Both the position numbers and the translations under genes were made by a program. A model generated the notes under the pieces. That model worked only from the letters and a program-made list of their open reading frames with translations. It made no database searches and was not told where the DNA came from. 64,000 nt of DNA from Strigamia acuminata (taxonomy: Eukaryota), in assembly GCA_949358305.1 (NCBI GenBank), contig OX442314.1, positions 13,020,001 through 13,084,000 on the forward strand, in the 5' to 3' direction. The first letter of the stretch is position 1. Each line of letters opens with the position of its first letter. Shown here in pieces: positions 14,361-24,484 of this stretch.

Positions 14361-14893
14361 TATTTACTTCCTCGCACATAAAATCTTAGCGGTTTTTCCG
14401 CCCATTCCTCACCGGCGGATTTTATTCCGATCCGCGGTGCAACAGCGATACACGTGTCCGGTGTTTCCCAACCCTTTTCTTCCCACAAAAATTCGCACGT
14501 CGACAAATCACGCCGATCTACATCTTTAGTAATCGCCATAGACATGCACAGTTTCGACGGTCCGTTGCATAACTTATCGCATTTCAACGATCGCTTGTTT
14601 TTGAGTCGTTCGGTTCGAAGTTCCTGCATTTGATCCAGTCCTTCGAGCGGTTGTAACGAGCGAATGAGTACGGCCGATCCGTCACCTGCAAAGTGAAAAA
14701 TTTGACATTTTTAATGAATTAAAAGGATTTGTAATCGTTACCTTCGCTCGAGATATTGAAGCAGTAATACATGCTGTAGACGAAGTAAACGTACGGGGTT
14801 CCTGGGTCCATGAACATGGCAGTGTTACGTGCTGTTCGTTTACCATTATGAGAATGGAACGCTTTATTTTCTCCACATAAGTAATGCTGTTTC
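14354..14893 (-). pseudogene. MPG: DNA-3-methyladenine glycosylase (MPG/AAG) fragment, 5'-truncated and decayed
   Basis: Exons 14893-14742 and 14685-14354 with a GT-AG intron at 14686-14741. Translation YLCGENKAFHSHNGKRTARNTAMFMDPGTPYVYFVYSMYYCFNISSEGDGSAVLIRSLQPLEG...LCNGPSKLC...PRIGI...PLRFY. The ETEAY motif is disrupted by an indel and no upstream exons are visible. Confidence 0.85.
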
Positions 14894-15240
14894 TTGGTTT
14901 TTCGCGTGTTCTAGGGTTTTTTTCTTTTTTTTTCCTAACAAGGAGGGGCACCCCCTTGACCCCCCCCCCCCCCCCCGCGAACCTCACCTTAACCGGTTTT
15001 TCTAATGTGGTGGAGAAATAGGCACTTATTTAGTGGGGATATGGTATTACGCATTAGTCATTCCTGGTTTGTGTCTTTAATTTCATTGGTCTCCTGGCTG
15101 AGGAGCCTTTCTGTGGCCATCCACTTCTCGGAGAGTATACGTTTACTCAAGTTTTCGTTGAAGTGGAAAAAAAGGATAATGGGCTGTTTGCCCAAAAAAA
15201 AGCACGACAGGAAAGCCGGTCCTTGGAATTTAATTTATTT

Positions 15241-15289
15241 ATATTTGCAATCTGGCATGGATAAATTATCCATGCCAGATTGCAAATAT
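15241..15289. repeat. Perfect palindrome (24-bp arms, 1-nt loop)
   Basis: ATATTTGCAATCTGGCATGGATAA-A-TTATCCATGCCAGATTGCAAATAT. Confidence 0.97.
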
Positions 15290-18200
15290 CACTTCAACCA
15301 CCCTATGGTTTAGTTTTAGTTTCGCCAGAAGTACAAACTACACTTCAGAATCTTTTACCCGTTTACTTAAACACACGGTCTCATACCGACGAAACTTCCG
15401 AGTTTGACTTTTTGGGAATTGGACATGAAAGAAATCCCAGACAAACTCATGATTGACGCTAATTTCTGTAGCCGGGGCATTCCTAGAGATATCGCTATTT
15501 CACTCGGAGTACAACTACAGCGCTGTACGGTGCTAGACAAATTTTCAACTCCATTTTTTGAAGATGGCGAAGCTTTTGGACAACACGAGGACTTGACTAC
15601 AAGAATAAAGAACATACTGAACGAATACAGCAACCAATCCGACGTCATCAGTGAAAGGATTCAAACTGCGGACGATGCTGGAGCGACTGAGATCCGTTTC
15701 ATTCTGGACGAACGACAATTGCCAACTGATTCGAAAACCCTATTGAGTGACAACTGGAAACACTTGCAAGGACCGGCCTTGGTTGTGTACAACAACAAAC
15801 CTTTCTTGAAAAAAGATTTTGACGGAATTAAGAAACTGGGATTGGGCAGTAAGCGTGAAGACGCGGAACTTACTGGAAAATTCGGTATTGGCTTCAACAC
15901 CGTTTACCATTTGACCGATGTGCCCATGTTCGTGAGCAATGGCGAGAAATTGTGCGTTTTGGATCCTCACCGGCAGTACGTGCCCACTGCGAGGGTCACT
16001 GCACCCGGTGGATTGTTCAACATCACGGAAAACTTCAAAAAAATCTACTGCGGCGTGTTAGCGGGATTTCGACCGGTCGAGGACTTGGATTTTGCTCAGT
16101 CGACGGTTTTCCGTTTGCCGTTGCGAAGGACTCTGCAATTCTTGGCTTCGGAAATTGGTGAGGGAACCAGCGTTGAAGAGATGAAGGAAATGTTGACTCA
16201 ATTTATGGTAAATGCAAAAGATTACCTTATATTCTTGAGAAACGTCGAGAAAATTTATATCACTATTGTGGATACGCGAGGCATCGTTGTGAGCGACTCG
16301 GTTTATTACTACGAAATGTCGGACGAAGATCGGCAGAAGAAGATTGATTTCTTTCGAGATGTGTACAGTAATGTGCAGTTGAATGCCGATGCAGTGGTAC
16401 AGTACAAGCTGAATCTGTTTAATCCGTTCAAAGAAGATCCGAACGAGTGGCTAATTCTACAGCGCGTGAGTGCATGAAAAATGATGTACCGGTCGTTTTA
16501 ACAGATTTGATCGCTAGGAAAGTGTTAGTGGCATCACCCATGGTTGGAATACCAACTCCATTAGGTTTACCTTGCTTCAAAGAATCGAAAATGTACAAAA
16601 CATTGCCTTTACCAGGAAATCTTGCACTTCAGGTGCACATAAATGCTAAATTTATTTTGGATTCTGGCAGAAAACACTGTTATATGCACAAGGACGGGTC
16701 ATATAAAACTATCTGGAATAACTATTTGATCGTCCATGTTATGGCTCCTTTGTATGTTCAGGCTCTTGAAAGTTTGAAGGAAAATGTCTGCATTGAATGG
16801 ACCAATACATCATCTAAAGACGTTCAGGAAAATCTAGCGTGCAAGTATCAGGTGTATTTTCCAGTTGCTTCACCAAATTCCAACCAAATAGAGTTGCTAC
16901 TTATGGGAGAAATTTATCGATTAATTTATGTGAATAATTTGAGGTTGTTGTTTGGTGTTACACTTAGTAAGGATTCAAAGAAACAACTCTTGTGGTTGTC
17001 TACGGGCGAAGGGATTTTGGATTTTCTTGATGAAGATTTTGGAGAGGCCACTCTGAAAATAAATTGCATTCAGAACGTTTTGGAAAAAGTTGATTTTTCT
17101 AAACTTTATCGTGGTTTCAACGAAATAATGAAACAGCTTTCGGTGCCTTTGAACTTCAAATTGAAGAGTATTTCACCGGGATTGGTAGCGGGGTATATGA
17201 AAACAGTAAACGATGATAAGTTGATTCTGCCAGCGACCATTGAAAAACGTATGCCAATTAAGAGATCATTTGGAGCCGAGCAGAAATTAATGCCATCTTT
17301 AGCCGTTCGAACCAATGCTCAAAATTTGCCAACGGAAATTGCTAATACAGTTTTATACGAAGACGAAATGCATCATTCTTTGCCATACATTTTGAAAGGA
17401 GGAATCGACGATTTAACCGGAATTCCGTTACTGCTGACAACGGACGATCATGTGCGACGATTTTTATCGAGTTACGAACTTTATGAATCATCTAAATTCC
17501 AATATTTGCCTAGTCAAGGTGAACTGTTCTGCAGTCGCAAATTGAATGTTGACACATTACCTAAGCAGTTTTGTCAAGAATTCACAGTAACTTCAATTGC
17601 AAGACACATAGGCGTAGAATTGCCGCATTTGGATAACGAAGAGAAACTAGAAACTGATCAAATTGACAATTTAATTTGGAAAATTGTGAAATTTCTTACT
17701 ACTGTCGATTATTCCGGAATTAGGGATTCATCTGCCATTAAGCACACTCTAAGACACTCTAATGTCACATCAGAGCATTGTGTTACTCACTTCTCGGCTG
17801 GGCAACAATAAGTCCTTTTGTAAAAATATAGGTGTTAAAGTTGTAAGTTCAGTAGACGTCTATAAGAATTATATCATTCCGGACTTGAATAACGTCAGCT
17901 TGAAATCGCTGATCAAACACATGAAATGGATTAAAGGCAACGCGATTCTTGATGAATCGTTGTGCAAGCAATTAGGATAGAAATCATTAATCGGGACTAC
18001 AATTGGGCAAGTGAAAGCAGTCGAACAATTTTACGCCGAAGGGATATGTCGAATATTCGGAAGTATGATGTCGGAAGATGATTTCATTCCCCAATTTTTC
18101 TGGACAGCTGTAACGGAAGACTGTGGAAGTGGTTCTCGAATTTTAAACGACTGGGAGTCATTCTTCAAGCAATTGGGTTTGAAAACGAAACTCGGTGGTG

Positions 18201-21200
18201 ATGTATTCCTCGAGCTGGCTAAAAAACTTGAAGCAAACAAGAAGACAATGGACGACCTGGCTCTCGAGAACGGCAGCAAATTATTGGTCGAGTACTTGGC
18301 AAAGAGCAGTGAATTACTCAAAGATGTCCATCTTTTAAATAACCTTTCCACGGTCAAATTTGTTTACGCGCACCATGTGGATGAAGACTTGAACCAACTG
18401 TACAAACAGTGTGTTGATTGTGTAGGATTAATTTGTTTCCGGGATAGCATGGTTGCAAAGCTGGAGCGTATTTGTTAATCCGTTTGCAGATTATTGCCCG
18501 ATTGGAGTACAAATTTCACCAGTGAAGCTCCGAAGCATTTGGGATATTGCGATACCGTCGCAATTTATCATGTGGTGGCTCACGTGGAGCTAATTTGTCA
18601 ACATTTACAGCGACTCAAGTACAACGAATTCAGGACTGAACACATCAATAGCAAAGCAGCAGTCGATTCGCTGCGCGGCGTCATGGATGCAATTTTTAAG
18701 TTCATGGATCAAAACATCGACGAACTTGATGCAAATTTAATAGGAAAGATGAGGAACGTTCCCTGCATCCTGGTAGAATTAGCTTTAGGAAGAAAATTAG
18801 TTTGTCCAAGTCAAGTGATGACTGATAGTTTTGTAGAATGTCCACCATTTCTTTACATTTTACCAGAAGAAATGTTCCCGTAAGTTTTTACGTCATTTTA
18901 ATTCTGTAATTTTTGTTTCATGCGTTTGAATTGTCTTTCAGGTTCATCCGAGTGCTACAAAAGTTTGGAACGGAGCGAAAAGTCGCTTGCCATCACTACA
19001 TCTCTGCATTAAAAATGCTCCACGCCATGTTCGGAGACGCACCGATTAAAGATCCAAACATAAAGAACAGTTTGAAGAACATCTACGTTGGTTTTTTGAG
19101 CCATCTTATTCGCATGGGACCCGAAAAAGTGAACGATAACATTCTATATTTGCCCGATGAGAATTGTTGCATGCAGAAAAGCGTCGACATTTTGGTATTC
19201 ACCGAGGACCCGAAGGATTTAAGCGGATCCGGAGAAATCTCTGGCAAAAAAAAGTGGAATACATTAATGATTCAAAACATCGACATTCCATTGGTGAAAT
19301 GCGCCCATGCTCTAATGCGAATGCCGCAGATAATTCGCCCAACATCGTTTCGGCAATTCGTAACTCTCGTTTTGAATGAAGGTAACGAGGTTTGTTCCCA
19401 GGAGTTTTGCGAGCACGCTGAAAACATTGAAAGACTTTTCAAAAATTCTCTATTCGTCAGAGTAATGGTTAAATTGATAAATTCATTCGAAATGCATCTG
19501 GAAGGCTTTCCTGCTAAACAGGACGAATTTGCCGCATCGTTTAAGGAAGTAACTGTAAAGTGCTACAAAGAATTGAAAATAACTCGATACACGAGAGAAA
19601 CAAATGAAGCATTAGATGAACGGATCGTGCCGATGTTTTGGAGGAAAACCGAGAACAATAAAATCGAATTCCTAGTGATGCACGAAGTATCAGAAGTTGG
19701 GGAGAGTTTTGCGGACAATTTCCTTTCCATACTCAAATTGATGTGTCCAATGCGCTCTGAATTACACGAATCTTTTGTGTGTACGATACGCGAGAAGTTA
19801 AATCTGCAACGCCAAACTGATTCATTGAAGAACATATTAAGGCGACGGCTTAAGGAATACGATGTTAAGGAAAATTATCTCCCACAATTGGGTTCTTCTT
19901 CAACGGAAGATTTGATCGCGCTTTTGGATCAGAATTGCTGTAATCATTACGATCAGTTTGATTACGTCGCGTGTTCAGTAAACGCGAGTGGCGACGAGAA
20001 AGGAATTTACATCTTCGGCTTGATTGTGAAGGAAGTAGAAAAAAGTCAGAGTAACCAGTTTTTAAGATGGTTCCTCGTAGATATTGGAGAGGCAGAACCG
20101 GTAGTCAAATCGACCTTGGACTTGTACAAATTCATCAGTGCCGACGAAATGGAGCGCGAGTTGAAAAACACCATGCAACTGCAAATTAGTGAATTTCAAC
20201 GCGACGAATCCAACGAGAAATTTTCACGGAGTCTCGAAGAAGTGTTGGAAGAGGTTTCGGAACAATTGGAGAGTTTTTGGAAATTAGCAGAAAAAGAGAA
20301 AACCAAAGCTACACATAGAATGTATTTATATTGGCATCCCGATAAGAATCCGCCAGAGAAGAACGACTATTGTGCGGAGGTGTTTAAACACCTGATGAAC
20401 GAACTGGATCGTTTGGAGAAAGGAGGATTGAGGTCGGGAAGAGGAAAGAAGAGGTAAGTGAAATTACTGAAATAATTGATTTACTGAATTTGAATGAATT
20501 TAATTTGTTGTGGCAGAAATAAAGGTGGCTTTTCCTGCGATGGAAATTTTAGTCGGTGGGAGAGACAAGCGAAGGAAGAGAAAACAAAAAGGCAAGACTA
20601 CTACAAGAGAGCTGGTTCGGATTGGGAATATTTTTCTTCTTCGACTCGGGAATCGGGTGTTCCACCGGCTTTTGCCAAGAGCTCCAACCAAGCGGCAAAA
20701 CTGTGGTACGAACAAGCGAAATGCGACTTGGGATCAGCGTTATGTGAAGTGGAATCCGTAAGCCCAAGTTACGAATGGGTATTTTATAAGCATTATCAGG
20801 TAATTTGCGTGTTTCGTTTATTTAAATGAATGCAAGTCTGTTTTTTGTGTAAATTGAAACCTGTTTCCAAATGTTTAATTTGTTAGGTTGCGAGGAAATG
20901 CATGATCGCCATGTTGTTAACAAGATCTACGTACGAAAATCAAAATGCAAATTTGATGGAATTGGCTTTGGATGTAACCACAGCTTTCGGAGGAGAACAT
21001 GGAGATATTTCCAACATAATAAAGGTAGTGAACTATATTTGTCTTTTTTTTTTTTAGAGTTAATTTGTGTTGTTTAATTGTAGTTGATGATACAGAACGG
21101 AGTAGATGAAGTGAGGACCATTAATCCGCGATGTGAGAAAACTCCACACGATAATTATCAACAGTCCAGTAGTAGTTGTGTACATCAAGTTGGAGTTTGG

Positions 21201-21254
21201 GCACAAAATTTGGTCGAAATTGCGGAAAAAGTCATTGGAAATGCAACCAACTAA
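15266..21254 (+). pseudogene. SACS: Sacsin-like paralog, copy 2: 5'-truncated and disabled in the SRR region, with an intact J-HEPN C-terminus
   Basis: YGLVLVSPEVQ (~15305) matches copy 1 CGLVFISPEVQ, then the sequence jumps to LTFWELDMKEIP. Frameshifts at ~15400, ~16470 and ~17745; in-frame stops at 17978-17980 and 18476-18478; ATPase motif QNADD changed to QTADD. Downstream exons ..18879, 18942-20453, 20517-20799, 20887-21024 and 21084-21254 are open and have the same intron positions as copy 1. Confidence 0.88.
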
Positions 21255-21894
21255 AGAACTGTTTAAGACTTTTTGATATTTTTAACTAATTTTTCTATTA
21301 TATTATCCATAATTTTTTATTCCATTACTAAATCCCTCTATAATACTCCATAATTTGAAGTGTAGTTTTTATTAAATATTGTAGTCTAATTTTGTAAAGA
21401 AATATAAAAAATTTAAAATGGTCAATGGTTTGTTTATTCTAAATAGTTTTCATGACAATCTGCTGCTTCTATGTAAAAGGAATATTGTAACTGCAGGAAC
21501 GCGTAATCTCTACGTTACAGTTTTCATATGAAACAGAAATTAATCAATTAAAAAAAATAAACAAGTTTTCATTCCGACGAAATTTAATTGTATTAAATCA
21601 TAAATGAAGAAAAAAAAATTATCTCACGAGTCATACAGTCCACCATCTATATTCAAGATTTGTGCGTAATGCATTATGGATGGACTAGCGACTGCAGAAT
21701 GCTGAAAAGTCGAGTGAAAAGCGAAAACCTTCACCGGAAAAGTGAGCTAGCGGCTAGCACCTGCAAAATGTGCTATGTTCGCTCTCCTGAAAATAAAAAT
21801 AAACAAAATAAGTATTCAAATTTATATAAAAATTTACGACGATATAAAATCTTTAAAAAGTGTGATTCGAAAAAGTAAAGACTATAGTGAGTAA

Positions 21895-22341
21895 GGGGTC
21901 ATCCATAAATTATGTAACGCAAATTTTTGCATTTTTAGACCCCCTGCCCCCTCCCTCCTGTAACAAGGTGGTTACAGGAGGGAGGGGGCAGGGGGTCTAA
22001 AAATGCAAAAATTTGCGTTAAACAAATCCGCACAACCCCCCTAGGAAATTACGTAACCAAACTGACCAGCCCACCCCCCCCCCTCAATTTTGATACAAAT
22101 TAAGAAATTTTCAATTTTAATTTAAAAATGACGTTTTAAAAATTTAATTTTCATGAATACAGGTGTTTTTGACTTTTTAAACTTCATCTTTCCAAGACAA
22201 TCTCATGTTTTTTCAGTAATGTTCAATATTTCAATAATGTTACGTAACATTATTGCGAACCCCCCCCCCCCCTCCCCCGTCGTAACAAAATTTGAAACTC
22301 CCTCCCCCCCTTAAGGCGTTACGTAATTTATGGACGGCCCC
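21895..22341. mobile_element. Tourist/PIF-Harbinger-like MITE, copy A
   Basis: ~26-bp TIRs GGGGTCATCCATAAATTATGTAACGC / GCGTTACGTAATTTATGGACGGCCCC, flanked by TAA on both sides (3-bp TSD); no coding capacity. Confidence 0.85.
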
Positions 22342-22444
22342 TAAACAGAGAAAGCCGGAGCAATCAGCTTACTTTTTCTGTGGTACATGTAAAGATATAT
22401 TAAGTCATAACTACGCACTTGACCGATTTAAATGTTTCCTCAAA

Positions 22445-22764
22445 GGGGCCGTCCATAAATTACGTAACGCCTGGAGGGAGGGAGGGGGTTTCAAATTTTG
22501 TTACGGGTTGCTACGACGGGGAGGGGGGCTTCTAAAAAATGTTACGTAACAAAATTTTTTTTAACATTTTTGAAAATTTTTGAAAATTTTTGTAAATTTT
22601 TGTATTATAAGCATGTATCAAATTTTTTTTTTGGGGGGGGGGGTGAGTTTTGTTACGTAATATTCTAGGGGGGGTTTGTGGATTTGTTACGACCTTGTTA
22701 CAAGGGGGGGGAAGGGGTCTAAAATAATCGAAAAATCAGCGTTACGTAATTTATGGACGGCCCC
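22445..22764. mobile_element. Tourist/PIF-Harbinger-like MITE, copy B (opposite orientation to copy A)
   Basis: Perfect 26-bp TIRs GGGGCCGTCCATAAATTACGTAACGC, flanked by AAA on both sides; subterminal sequences are reverse-complementary to those of copy A. Confidence 0.87.
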
Positions 22765-22822
22765 AAAGTCACAACTAAACTGGAATAAGATAGCATTGGC
22801 TCAAGTTGCCGGGATTCCCCTA

Positions 22823-22984
22823 AGCATATCTTTTTTTCCACAGCGATACAGATTAGGTTAGGTCTCCAAACTTGCAAGGCGCGGAAATAAAATGAGTTCG
22901 AAAAAAGCGTTGATCGCTAGGTGTGTCTGGCAATCGGTAACCAGCGGATGATCGGTAGTGTCGCTGTGGAAAAAAATACATGCT
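22823..22984. mobile_element. Small inverted-repeat element (possible MITE)
   Basis: AGCATATCTTTTTTTCCACAGCGATAC pairs imperfectly with GTGTCGCTGTGGAAAAAAATACATGCT. Confidence 0.5.
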
Positions 22985-23237
22985 ATTATACAGCAATCCT
23001 ACTCAGCCTCTTGCTTCAAAGCTAGAAAGGAAAGCTTAAATTGGAAAAAAGGGCAGCAAGTCTATCTAAGCAGTCTCATTTGTTTGGCTAATTATAAAAG
23101 TGATTAGACAAAATTTAAAATTATAAGAACACTTTTATTTCACGAGAAATCGGTGATTTTTTTACATCCTATGATAAAACTATTGACAGTCGAAAATTGC
23201 ACATTGAAAAGTGAAAAGTGAAAAGAAAAAATGCATT

Positions 23238-24128
23238 TTAATATTCCGAAACCAAACGATCGTAGTCACGACACAGGCCGCAAATGGAGCAAATACAATG
23301 TCTAATTCGTCTGAAAAATAGCAAAAATGATAGTGCTGTGCTGCCACATATTGCACAAATTATTGTCAAAACTGCGTCGGTAATTCCGCCTTTTCCATGG
23401 TGCTTCGTCAAGTCGTGTTGCGAGGAATTGTTTAAAGAAATCCCTTTCGTTGTTTCATTCTTCGAGACTGCCAATTTTCCATCCACAATCACACACGGCC
23501 CGACAAAAGAATTCCAATTTTCATTCACAGAATCATTACGAACTACCGAGTTGAAGAAAAGTTGTAACATGTGCGACATAAAATTTACAACAATTTGCGA
23601 TTCTGATTTTACAGCTGAATCGGAAAAATTGGACTTGTTACTGTCGAGTTGAAAAATATCGCATTCCTAAAAATAAATAAATAAATAAAATATGTAGATA
23701 CAAAATAAAACAAATTTACTTGTTTTCCGATAGAGTATACTAAAATGCCCGTGTCAGTACAATGTCCTGAAAGCCACACGGAGTTCCTGGTGTAATTAGA
23801 GAGGTCCGTCGAATGTCTCGCATAAATTACAAATCTCGTCTTGCATTCTCCATTACGAATAGTGGCGATCCAGCAGGAGGATATCACGGAGCTAAAAATT
23901 GACTCCCACGTGTGAATTTCACTTTTCATTCGGTTAACTATAATTATTAAATTTTACAATGTTAAATAACGACGTGGGAAAATGACATTTTACCGTTCCC
24001 TCACCTTCATATGTGGATAATTTAGAAGTCTTATCTAAAATTTGATTTTCACAGCCATTTGCAATTTTACTATCCTCGCAAACCGATGATGAAAGGATAA
24101 AAATAATAAATGCTACCGGTAACTTCAT
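23238..24128 (-). CDS. Uncharacterised type-I single-pass membrane protein (~255 aa)
   Basis: Exons 24128-24005, 23937-23720 and 23666-23238 splice in frame. Signal peptide MKLPVAFIIFILSSSVC, Cys-containing ectodomain, TM AVLTIICAICGSTALSFLLFF followed by RRIR, Cys-rich tail ending YDRLVSEY. Confidence 0.65.
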
Positions 24129-24484
24129 TTTTAATTATTTTCATTCGTATTATATCGCTAAGATTCAATTAAAACTATAACAGAAAAAAAACAAGAAAAA
24201 ATAAAACGATATTATAGGTAATATTTCGTTTTAAATCATCATTGCTTAATTAACTTTTCAACTTACACACTAAAGATGACAAGCAATGCTCGGTGGGGGT
24301 TTTCCCCGTTCGTGTCTAATCGATGCGCGACTCTTCAGCGCGATACACAACAGCGGAGCCGCACAATCTTAAGTTAAACGGACATTTTAAATAATTTTAA
24401 AATTTTTATTTATTTAAAAATTTGTATTTATTATTTCAAATACACCATTAATATTAATAATAATAATAATAAAATATTTTAAAT

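Noticed and set aside
17978..18478. Stop-codon readthrough or selenocysteine rescue of sacsin copy 2
   Set aside because: The stops are TAG and TAA and co-occur with frameshifts and deletions; ordinary decay is the simpler explanation.
22853..22862. TTAGG telomere-like repeat
   Set aside because: Only two units, inside a small inverted-repeat element.
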